From: Candidatus Iainarchaeum sp.
GTDB taxonomy: Archaea > Iainarchaeota > Iainarchaeia > Iainarchaeales > 0-14-0-20-34-12
Length of the DNA stretch: 30,255 bases
Assembly (NCBI GenBank): GCA_030649345.1
Contig: JAUSKK010000014.1
Coordinates: forward strand, 1-30,255
Direction: 5' to 3'
Position 1 is the stretch's first letter. Each line of letters opens with the position of its first letter. The notes beneath the pieces were generated by a model. It searched no databases and had not been told where the DNA came from. It saw only the letters and a list, made by a program, of their open reading frames with translations. A program made the position numbers and the translations under genes. Positions 1 to 7,281 of the stretch are shown here, piece after piece.

Positions 1-370
1 GTTTGTCCAAAGAATAAATTTCCTTAATTTGGTATTTTTTCATTAAGATGTATGTTATGGCATCGGTTAGATCGATTGAATATTTTTCAGCCAGTTTTAT
101 TCCTTCAATGCATTGACTGGAAGTAATTTTTGCTATTTGAATATTAGGTAAACTATGAAGGCCTACTACAATTTCTTTTATGCGAGTTAACGTAAATCGG
201 TTTCTTTGTAATGCATAAAATATTTCAGAAATATTAAATACGGAAAGAAGAATTTTGTGTTTTTTAGTTTTTATTGCCTGTAGGATTTCTTCGCAGTTTT
301 TGTGACTAGGTTCATTTTCTAAAATCCATCCAATGACAATACTGGTGTCTAAAAATATTTCGTTTCCCAT
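1..370 (-). CDS. PIN-domain ribonuclease (VapC-like toxin), C-terminal end cut by window edge
   Basis: This is my own minus-strand translation from the ATG at 370-368: MGNEIFLDTSIVIGWILENEPSHKNCEEILQAIKTKKHKILLSVFNISEIFYALQRNRFTLTRIKEIVVGLHSLPNIQIAKITSSQCIEGIKLAEKYSIDLTDAITYILMKKYQIKEIYSLDK. The frame stays open to base 1. The acidic positions (FLDTS, SE, DLTDA, SLDK) fit the PIN layout. It is absent from the ORF track because it is open-ended. Confidence 0.7.
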   Translation of the reverse strand, partial: MGNEIFLDTSIVIGWILENEPSHKNCEEILQAIKTKKHKILLSVFNISEIFYALQRNRFTLTRIKEIVVGLHSLPNIQIAKITSSQCIEGIKLAEKYSIDLTDAITYILMKKYQIKEIYSLDK

Positions 371-384
371 TTCAACCAACTTTT

Positions 385-403
385 TTGACCTTGTTTAGGT
401 CAA
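385..403. repeat. Perfect 7-bp inverted repeat TTGACCT-N5-AGGTCAA, 15 nt upstream of the PIN gene ATG
   Basis: Read directly from the sequence. The position fits an operator or promoter-proximal site for the PIN gene. Function is not established. Confidence 0.3.
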
Positions 404-595
404 CTCTTAGCAATATTGTGTTTTTATGTGTTAAATTCTTAAACCGTATTTTTTCAACATGCCCATGGCAGTTACATTTTTGTCTTTAATTATTCCGGAA
501 TATTTTTCAACAAATGAGGTTTGGTTATGCATTTTTTGTTTGCTTGTATGTGTTTTCATATTTAATAAATATTGTGTACTCTTATTAATAATATT

Positions 596-778
596 GCTGG
601 GGTGTCTGAGTGGTTTAAGGAGCCAGTCTCGAATAACCCTTTTGCGCTTGCAAAAGCGTCTTCGCAAAACAATGTTTTGTGAAGTCCGCAAAATCGAAGA
701 TTTTGCTTGGTAACGGAAAAGTTCAAGAGAACTGGTAACTGCGCAAGCGGTACGCGAGTTCGAATCTCGTCCCCAGCG
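596..778 (+). tRNA. tRNA-Ser(CGA), type II (long variable arm), interrupted by a 96-nt intron at canonical position 37/38
   Basis: The cloverleaf was folded by hand. Acceptor stem: GCTGGGG (596-602) pairs with CCCCAGC (771-777), with discriminator G778. D arm: TCT/AGG-A with A14 and GG. Anticodon stem: CCAGT (623-627) pairs with ACTGG (731-735). Loop: CT-CGA-A[intron]A. Variable arm: CTGC-GCAA-GCGG. T arm: GCGAG-TTCGAAT-CTCGT. No CCA is encoded. Confidence 0.85.
634..729 (+). other. tRNA intron (96 nt) with a near-canonical hBHBh' junction and three internal GCAAAA/TTTTGC-type hairpins
   Basis: Junction: central helix C628-G727, U629-A726, C630xA725 (mismatch), G631-C724. The 3-nt bulges are AA|U (632-634) and AG|A (728-730). 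The inner helix is AAC (635-637) with GUU (721-723). Hairpins: CTTTTGC/GCAAAAG (639-656), GCAAAAC-AAT-GTTTTGT (664-680), GCAAAATC-GAA-GATTTTGC (688-706). Confidence 0.7.
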
Positions 779-836
779 ATTATTTATTTTGTTAATTTCA
801 GTATGCTTTAAGAATTCTTTTGAGCAATAATCATTT

Positions 837-2411
837 ATGGCTCTTTCGATTAAAAATCTTTCAATTAATATTGGCGACCGAGAAATATTGGTAGACGAAA
901 GCGTCGGCATTGCGGATGGTTCTAAAGTAGGAGTTATTGGCAGAAATGGAGTTGGAAAAACAACTTTTTTGAAAGCAATTTTAGGCCAAGTGGATTACTT
1001 AGGGCAGATTAAATTCAATGGCAAAGCTGCTTATTTTTCTCAATACGTTGAATTAGACTTGAATAAAACAGTTGGACAAATTCTAGGAGAAACTGCTACC
1101 ATTCATCACCAAAATGAGTTTGAAGAAAAAATGCAAGAAATTGAAGGCCTTCTTTCCCAACCCGGTGTTTATGAAAATCAAGAAAAATCCAGCAAACTAA
1201 TGGAGCGTTATTTGGAATTGCAAGCTGAACTTACCAAGTATCAAACCCAGCATCCTACTGGCAAGATTAAATCTGTTTTAAGAACTTTGGAAGTTAAAGA
1301 ATCTTGGCTGGGTCAAACCATTGGTTCTTTGTCAACTGGACAGAGAGCAATTATTGCTTTGGCTCAAATTTTATCTTCCGACGCAGATTTTTTGTTGTTG
1401 GACGAGCCTACCAATCATTTAGATTTTAAACGTTTGGATATTTTGGAAAAATATTTGCGTTCCTTTAAAGGAACTGTACTTATGGTTACCCATGACCGAT
1501 ATTTTTTGGATCAAGTATGTGACAGTATTCTGAAAATAGAAAATGGAAAATGGATTAAGTATATGGGTAATTATTCAGCGTACATAAAAACAAGAGAAGC
1601 AACATTTAAGGCTCAGCAGACAGCGTACGAACTGGAAGTCAAATACATTGCGGACGAAAAAGACAAAATTGCCCGCATTGGCAAACATCCATTGAAAGTT
1701 CAGCAAGGAAAATACCGTGAACATTTTTTGAAAATGCGTGAAGTTGTTGAAAAACCTGATTTGGATAAATTAGAATTTGAAACCTTTCTCGAGGCATCAT
1801 CGTTTAATTCCAGTGTGGTTTTAGAACTGGCTGACTTGACTGTTGGATATGATAAACCATTAATTTCTCATATCAATTGTAAAGTAGGCATGGGTGAACG
1901 AATTATTTTTATTGGAGAGAACGGAATTGGAAAAAGTACTTTATTCAAAACCCTTGAAGGACGCCTTGCGCCTATTTCCGGCAAAGTGATTCTTAATTCT
2001 CAAACAAAATTGGGCTATGTGGATCAAGAACTTAAAGATTTGACTGTGGATGGTACCTTGTACGATGAAATATTTGCTTTGCTTAAAGACGAATATAAAA
2101 CACGCCAGCAATTATCTTTAGGCGGATTTATTGAAGATGCTGATGTATTCAAACCCATTTCTAAATTATCTATGGGTGAACGCTCTAGATTGAATTTGAT
2201 TAAAATATTTATTCACAAACCCAATTTGCTTTTGTTAGATGAACCCACCAATCATTTAGATTTAGATGCTTGTGAAATTATTGAAAAAGCATTCTTAAGT
2301 TATGAAGGTGCAATCCTGGCTGTATCGCATGACAAATATTTTATTGAAAAAATTGCTCAACGAATTCTAAAAGTAAACAATGGAGCCATTAAAGAAATTG
2401 CATTGGATTAA
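837..2411 (+). CDS. ABC-F family ATPase (two tandem ABC domains joined by a helical linker, no transmembrane domain)
   Basis: Walker A motifs are GRNGVGKTT and GENGIGKST. Signature motifs are LSTGQR and LSMGER. Walker B is LLLDEPTNHLD in both halves. The charged linker (aa ~240-330) is typical of the Uup/YheS/EttA-type architecture. Confidence 0.9.
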   Translation: MALSIKNLSINIGDREILVDESVGIADGSKVGVIGRNGVGKTTFLKAILGQVDYLGQIKFNGKAAYFSQYVELDLNKTVGQILGETATIHHQNEFEEKMQEIEGLLSQPGVYENQEKSSKLMERYLELQAELTKYQTQHPTGKIKSVLRTLEVKESWLGQTIGSLSTGQRAIIALAQILSSDADFLLLDEPTNHLDFKRLDILEKYLRSFKGTVLMVTHDRYFLDQVCDSILKIENGKWIKYMGNYSAYIKTREATFKAQQTAYELEVKYIADEKDKIARIGKHPLKVQQGKYREHFLKMREVVEKPDLDKLEFETFLEASSFNSSVVLELADLTVGYDKPLISHINCKVGMGERIIFIGENGIGKSTLFKTLEGRLAPISGKVILNSQTKLGYVDQELKDLTVDGTLYDEIFALLKDEYKTRQQLSLGGFIEDADVFKPISKLSMGERSRLNLIKIFIHKPNLLLLDEPTNHLDLDACEIIEKAFLSYEGAILAVSHDKYFIEKIAQRILKVNNGAIKEIALD

Positions 2412-2582
2412 CAGGCCAGTTAAGGCTTTGTGTATTGGATGACTTTGAGTAATTCTTTTTAAAAAATATGCGATTGCGTTTTCAGAGCGTTAGCTATTAA
2501 AATTAGGTTTCTGACAATTTTTTAGTTTTGTTGTTTCCAAAACTGTGTACTGTTTTTTTTCCAAATCATATTTGTCCTTGAA

Positions 2583-2786
2583 TTATTTTTCTACTACAAT
2601 ATTTTCATAATGTTGGATAATGACTGATTTTCCAGGTTCTTGTATTTTTTCTTTTTCTTCGGCCTGCAATGCCAATACAGTCAAGACTAAAATAAACAAT
2701 ATCTCATAAGGGATGGAGCCATTCAATGCACTGTATACACTAATGGTTGCCGCTAGCCCGCCGATTAACTGAAGAACTTGCTTCAT
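2583..2786 (-). CDS. Small hypothetical membrane protein (67 aa, two hydrophobic segments)
   Basis: An ATG at 2786 is preceded by a strong GGAGGTG Shine-Dalgarno-like motif 8-14 nt upstream. The N-terminal two thirds are hydrophobic. I recognise no family. Confidence 0.55.
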   Translation of the reverse strand: MKQVLQLIGGLAATISVYSALNGSIPYEILFILVLTVLALQAEEKEKIQEPGKSVIIQHYENIVVEK

Positions 2787-2824
2787 TCAAACCCACCTCC
2801 AGCTTGGCTTTCTTTTTAGAAAGC

Positions 2825-2845
2825 TTTTGCAATTTTATTGCAAAA
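2825..2845. repeat. Perfect 9-bp inverted repeat TTTTGCAAT-TTT-ATTGCAAAA in the intergenic region
   Basis: Read directly. It has the same TTTTGC/GCAAAA arm composition as the tRNA-intron hairpins and the hairpins upstream of MCM. Confidence 0.4.
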
Positions 2846-2976
2846 TATTATTCCTTTGAGCGTGCACAATTCGAGTACTTTGTACACTATTCTGCCAAGG
2901 CTGCTGTGATTGGATTTTGGTTTTCATTTAATCTAACCTATTTCCCGTCAAACTAGTATATAATTGTTCCTAAAAT

Positions 2977-2991
2977 CCGTCACTTTGACGG
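2977..2991 (-). terminator. Hairpin CCGTCA-AAG-TGACGG followed by ATTTT, starting 2 nt after the MetRS stop codon
   Basis: A 6-bp perfect stem sits directly after the TAG at 2993-2995, and a T-rich tract follows on the transcribed strand. Archaeal termination signals are poorly defined, so this call is tentative. Confidence 0.3.
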
Positions 2992-2992
2992 T

Positions 2993-5149
2993 CTAAGGAT
3001 TGAGTATTTTGTATTTTCCGCCATTAATTTTTACAATCAGTTCAGCTGTTTCTTGCGCAATTTTAATTAACTTTTCGCGAGAAATTTCTTTGTTTCCTTG
3101 AATATTCAATACAATATGTTCCGTGTCTTTAGTAACTTTGACATAGTCTGCTTGTTTGGACACAATTCTTGTTACAACTCTATTTTCATCATCGCAGTAA
3201 ACAAATTCTTTTAGAAATATTTTTTCTGGTTGAATGGAACCAATGGTCACAAAATATTCAGAACCATTGGCAATCTTTAAATGCAAATTTCCTTTAATTC
3301 CATTTCGATCATAGGCGCCCATGACAATTCCGTGTTCAATACTTTTCAAATTATAACAATCTGTGACTGAATCTATGGTTGGGATTCGTTGATTTTTCGA
3401 AATTATTTCCAATAAATTGTGTGGTGCTGGTTTTCCGGTTTGCTTATCTTTTACTTTCATAAATTCTAAATATTCTTTCATATGCTTTGCATTTTCTAAA
3501 GTTTTCCATTTTCCTTTTTTCATTAACTCTTTTTTCATTCGCTCCAATTCCATGCTTCTTGTCTGAACTTTCAATCCAGTAATTTCAATAATGACTCCAA
3601 TATCTTCTTTCGGAATTCCTTTTTCTGCACTAAACTCAATCGGTGGCAATTCTGGTTTAATGTATTCCATTTTTTCAAATAAAATTTTGCCTTTAGTTAA
3701 TTGTTCAAATTTAGGTTTTTCTTTTTCGAGTTCTGTGAATAATTCTACTGTACAACCTAATTGTACTGCGATATTTTCAGCTGTTTGAGGCATAAATGGC
3801 CATAAATAGCTAGTCAATGTTTTCAATCCATAAACTAAATTTCCTAATATTTCCATTTGTTCTTTTTTTTCTTTTTTCCAAGGTTCTGAGTCACTAATGT
3901 ATTTGTTGAGTTCTTTAACATACCCTAAAACTGAACCCAATGCCATATGCAATTCTAGTTTATTCATGTGCTCGTGTGCTTGTTTTAAGTGTGTATTTTT
4001 TGAACTAAATTGCTGGTTGATTTTGGTTGTTTCAATTTTTCCTTGAAAATATTTTTCAGCCATGCTTAAAGTTCTATACACTAAATTGCCCAATTCATTT
4101 CCGAGTTCTTGGTTATGTCGTTCGATCAATAATTCTTCAGAAAAATAGCCGTCTTGTCCAAATGGAATTTCCCGAATCAAATAATATCGAATGGAATCAA
4201 TAGGGTATTTTTCAGTTAATTGAATAGGGTCTATAACATTGCCTTTGCTTTTGCTCATTTTTTCTCCGCTGGCAGTATTGATAAATCCGTGAACAAATAC
4301 TGTTTTGGGTAATTCCAACTCCATGGCTAATAACATGCTGTACCAGATCACTGTATGGTGCCAAGCAATATCTGTTCCAATTAAGTGAATGTCAGCTGGC
4401 CAAAATTTTTCAAATTGTTTTTTGTTTTCTATAAACCCAATTCCAGACAAATAGTTGATCAATGCATCAAACCAGACGTATTGCGTGTGTTTTGAATTAA
4501 TGGGTAACGGAATTCCCCAAGTAAAGGTTGTTCTGGAAACACTTAAATCTTTTAAGCCTCCTTTCATTCGATTGATTACTTCGTCTGCTTTCCCATCCGG
4601 TAAAATAGTGTCCTTTTTGGCTAAATATTCTCTGACTTGTTTTTCGTATTTGCTCATTTTGAAAAAATAACTTTCTTCACTGAGTTGTTCGCATTTTTTT
4701 CCATGCATTTTACATAAACCGTTTTTCAAATCTTTTTCTAGATAAAAAGTTTCACAATCTGTGCAATACAATCCAGTGTATTGATCCAAATAGATGTCTC
4801 CTTTTTTGTACACTTTTTCAAACAATTCACTAACTGTTTGTTCATGGTCTTGGTCGGTAGTTCGAATAAATCTTGAATAATTAATATTCCATTTTTGGCA
4901 TAATTCTTTAAAGAATAAAACTTGCTGGTCTACAAACTCTTTGGGTTTTAAATTTGCTTTTTCTGCAGTTCTTTGAATTTTTAATCCATGTTCGTCTGTT
5001 CCAGTTAAAAAAAAGACTTCATATCCTTCCATTTTTTTCCAGCGTGCAATTACATCGGCGCATAATTTTTCATACGCATGACCCAAATGCGGTTTAGAAT
5101 TGGGGTAGTCTATAGCCGTACTAATGTAGAATTTTTTATTTTCAACCAT
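2993..5149 (-). CDS. metG: Methionyl-tRNA synthetase core (~501 aa) fused to a C-terminal ~217-aa B3/4-type (COG3382-like, PheRS-beta editing-domain-like) module
   Basis: Class I motifs are present: HLGH (PHLGHAYEK) and KMSKS (EKMSKSKGN). A zinc knuckle reads CTDCETF...CKMHGKKC. I prefer the ATG at 5149 (MVENKKFYISTAIDYPN) over the TTG at 5179 used by the ORF track. The C-terminal tail (2996-3646) is described in the findings. Confidence 0.9.
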   Translation of the reverse strand: MVENKKFYISTAIDYPNSKPHLGHAYEKLCADVIARWKKMEGYEVFFLTGTDEHGLKIQRTAEKANLKPKEFVDQQVLFFKELCQKWNINYSRFIRTTDQDHEQTVSELFEKVYKKGDIYLDQYTGLYCTDCETFYLEKDLKNGLCKMHGKKCEQLSEESYFFKMSKYEKQVREYLAKKDTILPDGKADEVINRMKGGLKDLSVSRTTFTWGIPLPINSKHTQYVWFDALINYLSGIGFIENKKQFEKFWPADIHLIGTDIAWHHTVIWYSMLLAMELELPKTVFVHGFINTASGEKMSKSKGNVIDPIQLTEKYPIDSIRYYLIREIPFGQDGYFSEELLIERHNQELGNELGNLVYRTLSMAEKYFQGKIETTKINQQFSSKNTHLKQAHEHMNKLELHMALGSVLGYVKELNKYISDSEPWKKEKKEQMEILGNLVYGLKTLTSYLWPFMPQTAENIAVQLGCTVELFTELEKEKPKFEQLTKGKILFEKMEYIKPELPPIEFSAEKGIPKEDIGVIIEITGLKVQTRSMELERMKKELMKKGKWKTLENAKHMKEYLEFMKVKDKQTGKPAPHNLLEIISKNQRIPTIDSVTDCYNLKSIEHGIVMGAYDRNGIKGNLHLKIANGSEYFVTIGSIQPEKIFLKEFVYCDDENRVVTRIVSKQADYVKVTKDTEHIVLNIQGNKEISREKLIKIAQETAELIVKINGGKYKILNP

Positions 5150-5209
5150 ATAGATTCCTATATTAGAAAAGGTAAACAATCTCTTAAATACTAGTGTCCA
5201 ACAGAACAG

Positions 5210-6094
5210 TTACTTTTTTCCAAACGATTTTGAAAGCTTATCTACCATTTGTTTGGTTGTTGGAAGATTTCGCAATGCTAAAGTTTCTATATTCAAAGAC
5301 ACTGGAATTGAAAGCTTATTTTGTTCTCGAAAGTGTAAAATTTCATTTAGAACTTGGTTGGCGTGTTCAACTGATTTTAGGCCAATTTGTTCTGGTTCTT
5401 TTGTTAATTTTTGTTCAGTTTCTGCTGACAATTGGGCGCCCAGCCATTTCACAAAATGTACATCTTCTAAAGTAGTTACTGGTGCAAAAGTCAAAAATAC
5501 GGTTGCAGGTTTCAAGTTTTTTTCAGTGCATGTTTTTTCATATTCTTGGAGTACTGAATTAATTTTATTAGATTCAAACAAAATTTGGGTAGTAAAAAAT
5601 TTGCATCCGCTTTCTGTTTTGGCTATCATTCGTTCTACTTCATGGGTTCGTTCAGGTATAGCGATATTTCCGACTTGCAAGGCACTGTATTGTTGTGCAA
5701 TTTTATTGGCCTCCAGTACAGATATTCCTGAATATTTTGTAGTGTTATTGTTTCCTCCTACAAAAATTGTGTTTTCAATATTGTATGCCAGCAAAGTATC
5801 CTTAAGCCATGTTTCAAAATCTTGAGCTGAAGAAGAATGAACTACAACCTTGTTGACCGCCAAAGGCTTTTGAACAGTTGCTCTGAGTAAAATTCCAAAA
5901 TCTCGTGTATCCATATTTCGATACAATGGTTTTCCTTCATGATTTTCTTCAATAATTTCTGGAATATTAATCCAATCCACACACGGCAATGCGTGCAAGG
6001 TTGTCGCAATTTTTTCTACTGTTTGTGAAATTGCTTTCATGGATGCTTGCTGTGCTGGTGAGGGAACTTCCAGCATTATTTTATTTCCCAGCAT
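5210..6094 (-). CDS. Methylenetetrahydrofolate reductase (MetF/MTHFR)-like protein
   Basis: The match to the MTHFR fold is loose but collinear: LEVPSP (compare FEFFPP), FFTTQILFE (compare aiTQffFd), FAPVTT...VKWLG. The gene starts 5 nt after the MetE C-domain gene. The family call is tentative. Confidence 0.5.
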   Translation of the reverse strand: MLGNKIMLEVPSPAQQASMKAISQTVEKIATTLHALPCVDWINIPEIIEENHEGKPLYRNMDTRDFGILLRATVQKPLAVNKVVVHSSSAQDFETWLKDTLLAYNIENTIFVGGNNNTTKYSGISVLEANKIAQQYSALQVGNIAIPERTHEVERMIAKTESGCKFFTTQILFESNKINSVLQEYEKTCTEKNLKPATVFLTFAPVTTLEDVHFVKWLGAQLSAETEQKLTKEPEQIGLKSVEHANQVLNEILHFREQNKLSIPVSLNIETLALRNLPTTKQMVDKLSKSFGKK

Positions 6095-6099
6095 TTATT

Positions 6100-7281
6100 T
6101 TAACTCCATTCAGCTCGAGCTAATTCGGTTCCTTTGACCATATTGCATAATTTTGCAAAAGCAATATCCCATCTTCGAGTTCTTAATCCACAATCTGGGT
6201 TGACTTGTATTTTTTCAGGGGAACCCAACAATTTTTCTGCATACAGTAAACGATCGCGAATTACTTCCGGGGTTTCAATGGCATCCGAGTGAATATCAAT
6301 TACACCCAATCCAATGCTTACATCCATTTTGTATTCTTTGAATAATTCCAATGCCCGATAGGTTTCTGGGCTGACATCGTTGGGTTTAAAGTGAACCGGT
6401 GAAGCATGATTGGTGAATTCAATTAAGTAAGAATCTGCACTGCATTCAGTTAATGCAGGAAACAAAGAAGAATAATTGCTGTAACATAAATGAACTGCTT
6501 TTTCAATATTGGAAGAAATTCCTTGAAAGGATTGATTGACGGATTCAACAAATAAGTCTGCTTCGTGTTCATTGGTGGCTGCTGCAGGTTCATCAATTTG
6601 AATTACAGTAGCTCCTTGGTGTGCTAAATTTTGAACAATTGGCCGAAGTACATATTCTGAAAAATCCAAAACAGCATCTCTTCTTCCTTTTTGCAAGGCA
6701 ATCAATGCAGGTTCTTTTTTGTGTTCATATTGTTGTCTGTGGTATTCAATGTATGACCAATCGGTCATGGTATATGCTCCAGTTAAGCAGGGTTTTACAA
6801 TTTTGGAAGAATGTTTTTTTACAAAATTAAATTCTTTTGCAAAAAAATCAATAGCGCTTTGCTGGATGGCTAAAGGGCTGGCAACAATTCCTTTGGTAAA
6901 ATAATTGGCATCAAATGAATTTAGAGTTCCTGCAGTTTCAATTCCTTGAGTTTGTTTGGCTAAAAAATCATACATTTCTGTTCTAGGTTGTTCTCCGTTA
7001 AATACTCTATCCAATCCAGCTGTCTCAAACATTCGAATTACATAAATGGACGCAATTTCAATAATCTGCTGCTTTTCTTCAATCGTTCTTTCAGATCCGT
7101 GTTTTTGAAGCAAACCAGTTTTTTCTGCGTTGGCTAACTTAAATCGTTCTTCTACATTCAAGCGTTCACCCCAAGCAATGGCTTCATGGATCCAGTTTTC
7201 ATTTACGGGTGCATCTAATTTTTGTCTCCAAATAGGGCGTTGAATGCTTCCAATTTCTTGAGTTAAAAAAATAGACTTCAT
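6100..7281 (-). CDS. metE: Cobalamin-independent methionine synthase, catalytic (C-terminal barrel, Meth_synt_2-like) domain protein
   Basis: Zinc-ligand contexts HLCYSNY and NPDCGLRTRRW are present, along with IQIDEPA. I place the start at the ATG at 7281 (MKSIFLTQEIGSIQRP). This forms an ATGA overlap with the stop codon of the upstream gene. The ORF-track start at 7350 would overlap that gene by 73 nt. Confidence 0.8.
   Translation of the reverse strand: MKSIFLTQEIGSIQRPIWRQKLDAPVNENWIHEAIAWGERLNVEERFKLANAEKTGLLQKHGSERTIEEKQQIIEIASIYVIRMFETAGLDRVFNGEQPRTEMYDFLAKQTQGIETAGTLNSFDANYFTKGIVASPLAIQQSAIDFFAKEFNFVKKHSSKIVKPCLTGAYTMTDWSYIEYHRQQYEHKKEPALIALQKGRRDAVLDFSEYVLRPIVQNLAHQGATVIQIDEPAAATNEHEADLFVESVNQSFQGISSNIEKAVHLCYSNYSSLFPALTECSADSYLIEFTNHASPVHFKPNDVSPETYRALELFKEYKMDVSIGLGVIDIHSDAIETPEVIRDRLLYAEKLLGSPEKIQVNPDCGLRTRRWDIAFAKLCNMVKGTELARAEWS

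Noticed and set aside
634-729. C/D box sRNA or another known ncRNA inside the tRNA intron
   Set aside because: I saw no RUGAUGA (C box) and CUGA (D box) pair in the appropriate arrangement. Only hairpins are evident.
431-910. 159-aa minus-strand ORF and the 84-aa plus-strand ORF at 459-713 from the ORF track
   Set aside because: Both run straight through the well-folded tRNA-Ser gene and its intron. Their composition is low-complexity and I recognise no motifs. They are treated as spurious.
2747-2956. 69-aa plus-strand ORF in the metG-downstream intergenic region
   Set aside because: It has no ribosome-binding motif and overlaps the 5' end of the better-supported 67-aa minus-strand gene. 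Its composition is odd and no family is recognised.
5253-5825. Long antisense shadow ORFs inside confident genes (for example 5253-5825, 20862-21503, 21969-22355, 29377-29817, 9742-10029, 12658-12963)
   Set aside because: Each lies opposite a gene with clear family motifs and has no recognisable motif of its own. Such ORFs are typical of AT-rich DNA, where stop codons are depleted on the antisense strand of some frames.
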